From Synergistaceae bacterium (lineage in GTDB: Bacteria; Synergistota; Synergistia; Synergistales; Synergistaceae), in contig JAIRKI010000008.1 of the NCBI GenBank assembly GCA_031260185.1, forward strand, positions 1-52,356: DNA of 52,356 nt, read 5' to 3'. A program made the translations under genes and the position numbers. The notes under the pieces are model-generated. The model worked only from the letters and a program-made list of their open reading frames with translations, made no database searches and was not told the DNA's origin. Shown here piece by piece: positions 16,244 through 24,840 of this stretch. How positions within the stretch are numbered: the stretch's first letter is position 1; each line of letters begins with the position of its first letter.

Positions 16244-16842
16244 TCTCCGAATACACGCGAGCAAGGCTGTCGGAAATCAACAAGGACAGATACGAGGAAT
16301 CCGATAAAGAATTTATTCTGGAAGAAACAGAGAAAGAGGGCCGCGCGCGGTATCATTTGTCAATTTCGATCCCGTCCTTGCTTTTTAAAAAACTCGACGA
16401 AAAATGGGGGTTTGATTTTCTGAAGCGGAAAAAATGCGCCGACCACATCGTTTTTGAACTGAAAAGCGCAGATAAATGCGCGCTTCATATCTTCGAGCTC
16501 AAAAGAACCATAACTAAAAAAACGTGGCTTCGCATTGTCGAACAATACAACGGCGCCTACGTCAGAGGAGAGGTCATAGCGGCTTTTCTCGGATTAAAGA
16601 TTGAAAAAACGACCGTGAACGCGTGTTTTAAGGAAGATAAATTGAAGCAATGCCACGAAACAATTACCCCGCGCGCGGAGATCTCGGATGCCAAACTACG
16701 TAAAGCACTGAAAATCCGGAGTGATGAAGAAATCGATTTGAACTGCGTTGGTGGTATCGGCGGCATTCATTGCGTACATAAAAAAAACATCCTCTACGAA
16801 AACGGAGAAGGCTGTCTATATGGAGAAGGCTGTTTATGCTGA
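16240..16842 (+). CDS. Small partner protein, possible PD-(D/E)xK nuclease fold
   Basis: ATGA overlap with the ATPase stop. D-x19-ExK pattern (CADHIVFEL...ALHIFELKRT). No HNH or Toprim motif seen. Confidence 0.4.
   Translation: MISEYTRARLSEINKDRYEESDKEFILEETEKEGRARYHLSISIPSLLFKKLDEKWGFDFLKRKKCADHIVFELKSADKCALHIFELKRTITKKTWLRIVEQYNGAYVRGEVIAAFLGLKIEKTTVNACFKEDKLKQCHETITPRAEISDAKLRKALKIRSDEEIDLNCVGGIGGIHCVHKKNILYENGEGCLYGEGCLC
16804..16839 (+). repeat. 18-nt tandem duplication GGAGAAGGCTGTCTATAT / GGAGAAGGCTGTTTATGC spanning the helicase RBS and start codon
   Basis: 15/18 identity read directly. The second copy supplies GGAGAAGG plus a 6-nt spacer plus the ATG at 16836. Confidence 0.8.
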
Positions 16843-19586
16843 ACAGATATTCGTCGAGAACCGATAAATTGGGACAGTTCATCAACGATAATCTGTCCGG
16901 CGCGGTCGGCTACGACCGTATCGCCGGGTACTTCTGCTCGTCCATTCTGGAAGTCGCGGGCGAAGCGATAGAGGCTGTGGGTGGCAAAGTTCGCGTTGTC
17001 TGCAACTCGGGGCTTGCCCCGTCCGACGTCGCGGTCGCCAGGCTCGGGCAGCGTGTGGAATGGAACGACTTCAAGCCTGAGAAAGTCTACGCCTCCGATG
17101 GCGCTGTCGCGCGGCTGAAAAAGCTGTACGAGTTATTGAAGTCCGGCAAACTCGAAGTTCGAGTGCTGCCCGACGAGGTTTACGGTCTGATGCACGGCAA
17201 GGCGGGCGTAATCACGTATTCCGACGGAAAAAAGACTTCATTTCTAGGCAGTATCAACGAGACGAAGAGCGCGTTCACTACCAACTACGAAATGGTCTGG
17301 GAGGACGACGACCCCGCTTCCGCGGCGTGGGTGCAGGAGGAGTTCGACTGTCTGTGGAACGACAAGTACGCCGTCGCGCTCGCCGACTATGTGATCGAGG
17401 ACGTGAAGCGCGTTTCCGAGCGGCGGCCCATCCCTCTGAAGAAATGGCGCGAGATGGAAGAGGAGCCTATCCCATCAGTCGCGGCCGAGGAACCGATTTA
17501 TCGCGAACAGTTTGGATTATGGACGCATCAGAAATACTTTGTCGCCCGCGCTTTCAACGAGCATAAACAGCGAGGCGGGGCGAGGCTGCTGCTTGCGGAT
17601 CAGGTCGGTTTGGGCAAGACGGTTCAGCTTGCGATGTCCGCGAAGCTGATCGCGCTGTATGACGATAAGCCTGTACTGGTAATCGTCCCGAAAACGCTGA
17701 TGTTTCAGTGGCAGGATGAATTGAAAACGCTGCTGAATATGCCTTCCGCGGTCTGGACTGGACGTTTTTGGATTGACGAAAACGGCTACGAGTATCCAAT
17801 CGACAGCGCAAAGGCGATTTTAAAATGCCCGCGCAAGGTCGGGATTGTATCGCAAGGCTTGATTATCCGCAAATCGGAATCCGCGGAGCTTCTGAAGTCG
17901 ATGAGGTTTTCCTGCGTCATCCTCGACGAGGCGCACCGGGCGAGGCGCAAAAACCTCGGCAAAGACCCGGATAAACACAGGGCCCAACCAAACAACTTGT
18001 TAGCGTTTCTCGATGAAATAACTCTCAGGACAAAGAGCCTACTGCTTGCTACGGCGACGCCCGTTCAGATCGATCCGATCGAGGCATTCGATCTTTTGCT
18101 GGCTCTGGCGCTGCCGCAGGACGCGGATAAGGTATTGGGCGACAATTACAGCGTTTGGAGGCATACGCCGGGATTGAGCATCAAATATATTCAAGGTGAA
18201 GAACCTTACCCGAACGCCGAAGCCGAGATGTGGGAGATTGTCCGTAACCCGTTTCCGCCGCGCACCGAAGACAACAATCGCATTGGAACACTTCGAGATC
18301 AGCTTGACATTGCCGACGACGTGTTCGTCATTTCCCAGAATCGCTATGACGAGTTCTCAAATCCGCGGAAAAACAGAGTCAGGATACTCTATGACGACGA
18401 TGATTTCATCAAAAATTACAATCCGTATATCCGAACGATCGTCCGGCGAACCCGTGAATTTTTGGAAAACCACAACAATCCTGATACCGGCGAACCGTAT
18501 CTGAAAAAAATCGACGCGGTACTGCTCGGAGAAAAGGACACCGAAGCCCTCGAGCTCTCCGGTTATCTGGCGCAGGCGTATGGAATCGCCGAGGAGTTCT
18601 GCGATATGCTTTCCGCGAGAGTCAAAAACGGCGGTTTTATGTCCACTCTGCTCTTAAAACGCATTGGCAGCACAATGTTCGCCGGGGAGAACACGGCAAA
18701 GAAAATGCTCGCCTGGACGACAGAGGGTAAAGAGAAACTCCGTTCCCTGTATGACGAACTTGCTGACGAAGACGACGAAGCGGAAGACGCGGCGCAAAGC
18801 GATATCAAAGATTTGACCGCGGAGGAAACCGAATGTTTGGAAAAACTCGTCAATGTGCTGAAATCCAATACCGATACCGACCCTAAGTACAACCGAGTCA
18901 AAACTATACTTACCCAAGGCGTCGAAGACGAAGGCGCCTGGAAAGACAATGGATGCATACTTTTTACCCAATATTACGACAGCGCGGTCTATGTTGCCGA
19001 CCGCCTGTCCGATGACTTCCCAAATATCGCGATTGGATTGTACGCGGGAGGCTATAAATCAGGGATATACAGGCGCGGTTTATTCAAGAAGGAGAGCAAG
19101 GACGAGATCAAGCGGCTAGTCAAAACACGAGAGTTGACGATACTCGTCGGCACCGACGCCGCCTCTGAGGGTTTGAACCTGCAAGCGTTGGGCACTCTGA
19201 TCAACATCGACTTGCCGTGGAATCCAACGAGACTCGAACAGCGTAAGGGGCGCATTCAGCGTATAGGCCAACTGGCGGAGAGAATATATATCTACAATAT
19301 GCGATACAAAGGCTCTGTGGAGGACAAGGTTCACAGTAAACTTTCCGGGCGCTTGCGGGAAATTTACGCTCTCTTTGGGCAAATTCCCGATGTATTGGAG
19401 GATGTGTGGGTAGCTATCGCGCAGAAACGCGAAGACCTCGCCGAGGAAGCGATCCGAAAGCTGCCCGGGAAGAATCCGTTCATCCTCAAATACGAGGAAA
19501 CGATCCCCGACTGCGGCGATTGGGAAAAGTGCGCCGTGGTGTTGGACAAGCGAGACGAACTCAGAGAACTGCTAAAAGGGTGGTGA
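16836..19586 (+). CDS. PLD-domain + SNF2-family helicase
   Basis: N-terminal HxK...GSxN (LMHGKAGV...FLGSINET). SNF2 motifs LLLADQVGLGKT, ILDEAHRAR, ILVGTDAASEGLNLQ and QRKGRIQRIGQ. Confidence 0.85.
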   Translation: MLNRYSSRTDKLGQFINDNLSGAVGYDRIAGYFCSSILEVAGEAIEAVGGKVRVVCNSGLAPSDVAVARLGQRVEWNDFKPEKVYASDGAVARLKKLYELLKSGKLEVRVLPDEVYGLMHGKAGVITYSDGKKTSFLGSINETKSAFTTNYEMVWEDDDPASAAWVQEEFDCLWNDKYAVALADYVIEDVKRVSERRPIPLKKWREMEEEPIPSVAAEEPIYREQFGLWTHQKYFVARAFNEHKQRGGARLLLADQVGLGKTVQLAMSAKLIALYDDKPVLVIVPKTLMFQWQDELKTLLNMPSAVWTGRFWIDENGYEYPIDSAKAILKCPRKVGIVSQGLIIRKSESAELLKSMRFSCVILDEAHRARRKNLGKDPDKHRAQPNNLLAFLDEITLRTKSLLLATATPVQIDPIEAFDLLLALALPQDADKVLGDNYSVWRHTPGLSIKYIQGEEPYPNAEAEMWEIVRNPFPPRTEDNNRIGTLRDQLDIADDVFVISQNRYDEFSNPRKNRVRILYDDDDFIKNYNPYIRTIVRRTREFLENHNNPDTGEPYLKKIDAVLLGEKDTEALELSGYLAQAYGIAEEFCDMLSARVKNGGFMSTLLLKRIGSTMFAGENTAKKMLAWTTEGKEKLRSLYDELADEDDEAEDAAQSDIKDLTAEETECLEKLVNVLKSNTDTDPKYNRVKTILTQGVEDEGAWKDNGCILFTQYYDSAVYVADRLSDDFPNIAIGLYAGGYKSGIYRRGLFKKESKDEIKRLVKTRELTILVGTDAASEGLNLQALGTLINIDLPWNPTRLEQRKGRIQRIGQLAERIYIYNMRYKGSVEDKVHSKLSGRLREIYALFGQIPDVLEDVWVAIAQKREDLAEEAIRKLPGKNPFILKYEETIPDCGDWEKCAVVLDKRDELRELLKGW

Positions 19587-19736
19587 CCGATATATAGATA
19601 TATCGTTTGCGGAGGCTCCGACAATCATTAATTTGCGCATTATTCATCGGCGTAACCGGTAAAGTATTGTCATAACCAGGTGCGCGAGCAATTTATCTAT
19701 ACATCGGTCACCTCTCTCTAAAATCGCGAAAAACGC

Positions 19737-19780
19737 TTGACTGTAGTACGTGTTTGAATCACAATGATATTGTGATTCAA
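19737..19780 (+). promoter_or_regulatory. relB promoter with overlapping operator palindrome
   Basis: TTGACT (19737-19742), a 17-nt spacer, then CACAAT. Perfect 12-3-12 palindrome TTGAATCACAAT-GAT-ATTGTGATTCAA at 19754-19780. Confidence 0.5.
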
Positions 19781-19804
19781 TATGATGCTTATGAGGTGAG
19801 CAAA

Positions 19805-20089
19805 ATGGCAACACGGACACACAGCGCGTTAATTCAAGTAAGGCTCGACGAAAGCGTAAAGCGCGAAGCGGACGCGTTGTTCGCGGACCTCGGGTTAGAC
19901 ACTCCCACAGCGATTCGCATTTTCCTCAATCAAGCGATAAGACACGAAGGAATGCCGTTTGAAGTCGCGAAACCGCGGCCGAACGCCGAAACGCTCAACG
20001 GAATGAAGATACTTCCGGAACGGTACGGCAGTTTCCGTGAACTCCGCGACGAAGCGGAACTGAGGGCTGAGGAAGCCGATGAAATATGA
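19805..20089 (+). CDS. relB: RelB/DinJ-family antitoxin
   Basis: IQVRLDESVKREADALFADLGLDTPTAIRIFLNQAIRHEGMPFEV is a typical ribbon-helix-helix DinJ/RelB. GAGGTG RBS. Confidence 0.8.
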   Translation: MATRTHSALIQVRLDESVKREADALFADLGLDTPTAIRIFLNQAIRHEGMPFEVAKPRPNAETLNGMKILPERYGSFRELRDEAELRAEEADEI

Positions 20090-20207
20090 AATCCAACGAT
20101 CGGCGAGATTTAAGCGTGATTTGAAAGTCGCGATAAAACGAGGTTACGACATCGACAAACCGGAAGCGGTCGTTGACCCGCCCGCAAACGCCCCAATGGG
20201 GTATTGA
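20079..20207 (+). pseudogene. Truncated YafQ/RelE-type toxin remnant (42 codons)
   Basis: MKYEIQRSARFKRDLKVAIKRGYDIDK... matches the toxin N-terminus and overlaps the relB stop. It terminates after 42 aa, before the catalytic C-terminal half. Confidence 0.6.
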
Positions 20208-20230
20208 CGAAATCATACGGGAGGTTCGGC

Positions 20231-21136
20231 ATGGGTAAGATCGTTGATGTGCTAAAAAGCGGCAAGGTGCTTGTTTCGGATGGGGCATGGGGAACGTTTC
20301 TCTATGAAAAGGGCTTGAAGGCCGGGGAGTGTCCCGACGCCTGGTCGATCGACCGTTTCGACGACGTGGCGGATATCGCGAAGAGTTACGCGGACGCGGG
20401 AGCCGACATGGTGAAGAGCGACAGCTTCGGCGCGAATTATTACAAACTCGAGCACTTCGGCCTCCAGGACAAGGTGACCGAGATAAACGAAGCCGCGGCG
20501 AGGGCTTCCAGGAAAGGCGCGGGGCCGGACAAGTTTGTCATCGCTTCCGCGGGCCCCACCGGAAAACTTCTGGTGATGGAAGAGGTCACGGAAGAGGATC
20601 TGTACAACGCGTTCAGGGAGCAAGCCGTCGCGCTCGAGAAAGGCGGCGCGGACGCGATATGCGTCGAGACGATGAGCGACGCCGGGGAAGCGAAGTGCGC
20701 CGTCAGGGCCGCCAGGGAAAACACCAAACTCGAGGTCATCGCCACATTCTCGTTCGACAAGACAATCCGGGGCGATTACAGGACCATGATGGGCCTGTCG
20801 CCGACGGACGCCGCGAGGGAAGCGCTCGATGCCGGCGCCGACATTGTCGGCACAAACTGCGGCAACGGCATCGGGCGCATGATCGATATCGTGAGGGAGA
20901 TGAAGACCGCGTATCCGGACGCGTTTATCCTCGTCCACGCGAACGCCGGCCTGCCCGAGAACAGAGACGGCAAAGATTTTTTCCCGGAAACCCCGCGGAT
21001 GATGGCGGATCAGATCGGGTCTCTGATAAAAGCCGGAGCCAACATAGCAGGCGGTTGTTGCGGCACGACTCCCGCGCATATCGCCGCCATAAGCGAAGTT
21101 GTGAAAAATTACAACCTTCGTCCCGCTTTTCAGTGA
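20231..21136 (+). CDS. Stand-alone homocysteine S-methyltransferase-domain protein (MetH N-terminal-module-like, Zn-thiol)
   Basis: VSDGAWGT, GTNCG and GGCCGTTPAHI (three Cys Zn ligands). GGGAGG RBS before the ATG at 20231. Confidence 0.8.
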   Translation: MGKIVDVLKSGKVLVSDGAWGTFLYEKGLKAGECPDAWSIDRFDDVADIAKSYADAGADMVKSDSFGANYYKLEHFGLQDKVTEINEAAARASRKGAGPDKFVIASAGPTGKLLVMEEVTEEDLYNAFREQAVALEKGGADAICVETMSDAGEAKCAVRAARENTKLEVIATFSFDKTIRGDYRTMMGLSPTDAAREALDAGADIVGTNCGNGIGRMIDIVREMKTAYPDAFILVHANAGLPENRDGKDFFPETPRMMADQIGSLIKAGANIAGGCCGTTPAHIAAISEVVKNYNLRPAFQ

Positions 21137-21241
21137 CTTACGGACACGCTTCACAAATAAAAAAACAAAAATTTGGGTTGCGGGCGCGGCCATTTTAGGT
21201 GTTAAAATTATATGCCATGATGAACCATTAGGAGGCTTCAA

Positions 21242-22585
21242 ATGCGTCTGCCTACATTCAGGGGCGGCATACACCCGCCCGAGAGTAAATATCTCACCGA
21301 AAACAAGGAAATCGAGACGCTCGTTCCGCGGGGAGAACTCGTTTATCCCATGTCGCAGCATATCGGAGCGCCTTGCGCTCCGATCGTGAAAAAGGGCGAC
21401 AGGGTTCTCGCGGGGCAAAAAATAGCGGACACCGGCGCGTTTGTCTCCGCGCCGGTCATGTCATCGGTGTCGGGAACCGTGAAAGAGATCGGAAACCGCA
21501 TGACCATATCGGGCGCGCTCGAAACCTGCGTCGCCGTCGAAAGCGACGGCCTGTTCGAACGCGCCGCGCCGCCGCGCCGCAAGGATTTCAGGAAACTCAA
21601 ACCCGCGGAATGTATAAAGATAATACGCGAGGCAGGGCTCGTCGGCATGGGAGGCGCCACTTTCCCCACTCACGTAAAACTCTCGCCGCCTCCCGGCAAA
21701 AAAATAAAATGGATAATAGTCAACGGTGCTGAATGCGAACCGTTTCTCAACTGCGACAACAGGCTGATGATAGAACATCCCGAGCCTATCATCGGGGGGC
21801 TCGAAATCTGCCTGCATATATTTCCCGAGGCGAAGGGAATCATCGCGGTCGAAAACAACAAGCCGGAGGCCATCATGCGGATGTCGGGCGAACTCTCCAA
21901 ACGCCGGGGCAAAATCGGCGTGATTCCCCACAAGGTAAAATACCCGCAGGGCGCCGAAAAAATGCTCATATACACGGTAACCGGACAGGAAATACCGCCG
22001 GGGGCGTTGCCGGCGGAAGTGGGATGTCTCGTGCTCAACGTGAGCACGCTCGCCCACATCTGGTACGCGGTTACGGACGGCGTGCCCGTGCTCGACAGGG
22101 TGATATCCGTCACGGGCGACGCCGTTGTCTCGCCCAAAAACATCATCGCGCCGCTGGGCACGTCTGTCCGGGAACTCATCGACGCGGCGGGCGGTTTTTC
22201 CCGCGAACCGGCGAGAATACTCTCCGGAGGGCCCATGATGGGCATATCCATGAGGTCGATAGACGTTCCAATAGTGAAGGGAACATCGGGCATCCTGGCG
22301 CTCTCGTCGAAATCCGCCCCGACGTTTGAGGAGTCAAATTGCGTCCGCTGCGGCAGGTGTATCGCGGCGTGCCCGATGGGCTTGTGGCCCTCGGCGCTCG
22401 ACAGGGCGGCGAGGCTGAGGCAATATTCGGTCTTCGAGCAAAACGGCGGCATGAATTGCGTCGAATGCGGAAGCTGCGCATACGTCTGCCCGTCGCGGCG
22501 CTTTCTCACCCAGATCTGCAGGGACGGCAAAGCCGGAGTCGTGGCCGAGCGCAAAAAACAAAAAGAAGGGAGCGCGAAGCGATGA
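21242..22585 (+). CDS. rnfC: Rnf electron transport complex subunit C
   Basis: MRLPTFRGGIHPPE..., GMGGATFPTHVK, and two CxxCxxCxxxCP clusters. Confidence 0.9.
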   Translation: MRLPTFRGGIHPPESKYLTENKEIETLVPRGELVYPMSQHIGAPCAPIVKKGDRVLAGQKIADTGAFVSAPVMSSVSGTVKEIGNRMTISGALETCVAVESDGLFERAAPPRRKDFRKLKPAECIKIIREAGLVGMGGATFPTHVKLSPPPGKKIKWIIVNGAECEPFLNCDNRLMIEHPEPIIGGLEICLHIFPEAKGIIAVENNKPEAIMRMSGELSKRRGKIGVIPHKVKYPQGAEKMLIYTVTGQEIPPGALPAEVGCLVLNVSTLAHIWYAVTDGVPVLDRVISVTGDAVVSPKNIIAPLGTSVRELIDAAGGFSREPARILSGGPMMGISMRSIDVPIVKGTSGILALSSKSAPTFEESNCVRCGRCIAACPMGLWPSALDRAARLRQYSVFEQNGGMNCVECGSCAYVCPSRRFLTQICRDGKAGVVAERKKQKEGSAKR

Positions 22586-23511
22586 ACACCCCTCTGGTTA
22601 TATCCAGTTCCCCTCACATCCGCGCCGGCACGAGCACGCGAGAAATAATGGCGAACGTGATAGGCGCCCTTGTCCCGGCGGGTCTGGCGTCGGTATATTT
22701 CTTCGGGCAGGAGGTCGTCGCCGTAATCGCTGTCTGCGTGGCTTCCTGCGTGATATCCGAGGCCGCGTGGCAAAAACTGTCGGGCGCGAAAATCACCGTC
22801 TCCGACCTTTCCGCGGCGCTTACGGGCCTGCTTCTCGCCTATAACCTGCCCCCGACGATTCCGCTCTGGATGGGAGCGATCGGCGGAGCGTTCGCAATGA
22901 TAATCGTGAAACATTTCTTCGGCGGTCTCGGACAGAACATCATGAACCCGGCTCTCGCGGCCAGGGCGATGATGCTGAGCAGCTGGCCCGTCGCCATGAC
23001 GACGTGGACGCTCGACGGGGTGAGCGGGCCGACGCCCCTCGCCGTCATAAAACTCCAAGGCGCGTTGCCGTCCATCGCGGATATTTTCATCGGCCGCGTC
23101 GGCGGCTGCATAGGAGAGACGTCCTCGGCGGCGCTCTTGCTCGGGGGGGCGTATCTAATATGGAAGGGAATCATCTCCTGGAGGATACCGGCGGTCTATA
23201 TAGTCACGGTCGCGGCGCTGTCGGCGCTGTTCGGGCGAGAGGGCGGGCCTGTCGCCGAAGTTTTGTCGGGCGGCCTCATTCTGGGCGCGTTTTACATGGC
23301 GACCGATTACGCGACCAGCCCGATGACGCCTCACGGACAGATCGTCTTCGCGTTCGGCTGCGGGCTGATCGCCTCGCTGATAAGGGCGTTCGGCGGTTAT
23401 CCCGAGGGAGTTTCGTACTCGATACTCATAATGAACCTCGCCGTTCCGATCATCGACAGACTGACGCCGCCGCGCGTTTTCGGGGAGGCGAAACGTCATG
23501 CGGCAAAGTAG
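22582..23511 (+). CDS. rnfD: Rnf complex subunit D
   Basis: SSSPHIRAGTSTREIM N-terminus, polytopic membrane protein, ATGA overlap with rnfC. Confidence 0.9.
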   Translation: MNTPLVISSSPHIRAGTSTREIMANVIGALVPAGLASVYFFGQEVVAVIAVCVASCVISEAAWQKLSGAKITVSDLSAALTGLLLAYNLPPTIPLWMGAIGGAFAMIIVKHFFGGLGQNIMNPALAARAMMLSSWPVAMTTWTLDGVSGPTPLAVIKLQGALPSIADIFIGRVGGCIGETSSAALLLGGAYLIWKGIISWRIPAVYIVTVAALSALFGREGGPVAEVLSGGLILGAFYMATDYATSPMTPHGQIVFAFGCGLIASLIRAFGGYPEGVSYSILIMNLAVPIIDRLTPPRVFGEAKRHAAK

Positions 23512-24082
23512 CGCGAAAAACGCCGAAAAAATAATCTCGCTGGGCGTGACGCTGTTTATTATCACAGTCGTCACCGGACTGATTTTGGGCGTCGTGCACG
23601 ACATCACCCTCGAACCGATACGCGTAACGCGGGAAAACCTCAAGACAGTAGCGCTGAGGGGCGTGATGCCCGGCGCGGACGAGTTCAAGACAGCGCAAAA
23701 AGCCGAAGACGCCGACCCGATGATAAAGGACGTTCAGGAAGCGCTGTCGGGCGGAAAAACCATCGGCTACTGCGTCACCGTCACGCCGCGCGGTTACGCC
23801 GGCACAATCGAGCTGGTGGCGGGAATAACGAACAACGGGCAGCTCGCCGCCGTCAGAATTTTAAACCACTCGGAAACGCCGGGCCTGGGAGCGAAATCCG
23901 TGCTGCCGGAATTTTACGAGCAATTCAGGGACAGCGATAAAGTGACCGTCGTCAAAAACGCGCCGGAAGCGCCGGGTGAAATACAGGCCATATCGGGCGC
24001 GACCATCACGTCAAACGCCGTTGCGGGAGGCGCGAACGCCGCTTTGGAATATTGGCGCGGTCATCTTGCCGAAGGAGAATGA
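23498..24082 (+). CDS. rnfG: Rnf complex subunit G (FMN-binding)
   Basis: SGATITSNAV FMN-attachment motif. Position in the operon. Confidence 0.85.
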   Translation: MRQSSAKNAEKIISLGVTLFIITVVTGLILGVVHDITLEPIRVTRENLKTVALRGVMPGADEFKTAQKAEDADPMIKDVQEALSGGKTIGYCVTVTPRGYAGTIELVAGITNNGQLAAVRILNHSETPGLGAKSVLPEFYEQFRDSDKVTVVKNAPEAPGEIQAISGATITSNAVAGGANAALEYWRGHLAEGE

Positions 24083-24144
24083 AGTTTGAAACAAAATTGT
24101 TTCATGCCGTTTTGTGCCTTCCATAGAAAGGAATGGTCATAATA

Positions 24145-24840
24145 ATGAAAATGAATCCGCTTAAAGTCATCAAAAACGGCGTCATCACCGAAAATCCCAT
24201 ACTGGTGCAGTGCATAGGGCTCTGTCCGGCGCTCGCCACGTCGACCAGCGCGGTGAACGGCATGGGCATGGGGATCGCGGCCGCGGCGGTACTCGTCGGC
24301 TCCAACGTCGTCATCTCGGCCATACGGAAATTCGTGCCCGACGAGATACGGATACCGATATTCATCGTCCTGATAGCCGGTTTCGTCACCGTGACCCAGT
24401 TTCTCATATCGGGATTTTTCCCGGAACTCGACAAATCGCTGGGGATATTCATACCGCTGATCGTAGTGAACTGCGTCATACTCGCCCGCGCGGAGGCGTT
24501 CGCCTTTAAAAACGGCGCGCTCGACTCGCTGTTCGACGGAATCGGGACGGGACTGGGCTTCACGATAGCGCTGACGGCTCTGGGCGCGGCGCGCGAGTTG
24601 TTGGGCAACGGCACGATATTCGACATCAAACTGACGCCCGCCGGTTTCCAGCCGGGACTGCTGGCGATACTTCCTCCCGGGGGATTCATCGCCCTCGGGA
24701 TTTTCATGGGAGCGTTCCGAAAATATCAGGAACGGAAGGCCGCGAGACAGGGTAAGCCGGAGCCCGTTCACGCCGCCGGCTGCGCGGGCTGCGCCATGTC
24801 CGGACAATGCGGCGCCGCCGCGAAAGGCGGCGGTAACTGA
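24145..24840 (+). CDS. rnfE: Rnf complex subunit E
   Basis: NPILVQCIGLCPALA signature. Cys/Ala/Gly-rich C-terminal tail. Start uncertain (24133, 24145 or 24151). Confidence 0.85.
   Translation: MKMNPLKVIKNGVITENPILVQCIGLCPALATSTSAVNGMGMGIAAAAVLVGSNVVISAIRKFVPDEIRIPIFIVLIAGFVTVTQFLISGFFPELDKSLGIFIPLIVVNCVILARAEAFAFKNGALDSLFDGIGTGLGFTIALTALGAARELLGNGTIFDIKLTPAGFQPGLLAILPPGGFIALGIFMGAFRKYQERKAARQGKPEPVHAAGCAGCAMSGQCGAAAKGGGN

Noticed and set aside
19587-19604. Palindrome CGATATAT-AG-ATATATCG directly after the helicase stop as a terminator
   Set aside because: The stem is entirely AT-rich and is followed by only TTT, too weak to call a rho-independent terminator with confidence. It is noted but not annotated.
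21178-21208. rnf promoter (TTGCGG ... TAAAAT)
   Set aside because: The spacer is 19 nt, outside the optimal 16-18 nt, and no alternative hexamers were convincing, so it is left unannotated.
20252-23058. Long minus-strand ORFs (20252-21418, 21670-23058)
   Set aside because: They are antisense to the homocysteine methyltransferase, rnfC and rnfD genes. The composition is Arg/Gly/Pro-rich and no motifs are present. They are high-GC shadow ORFs.
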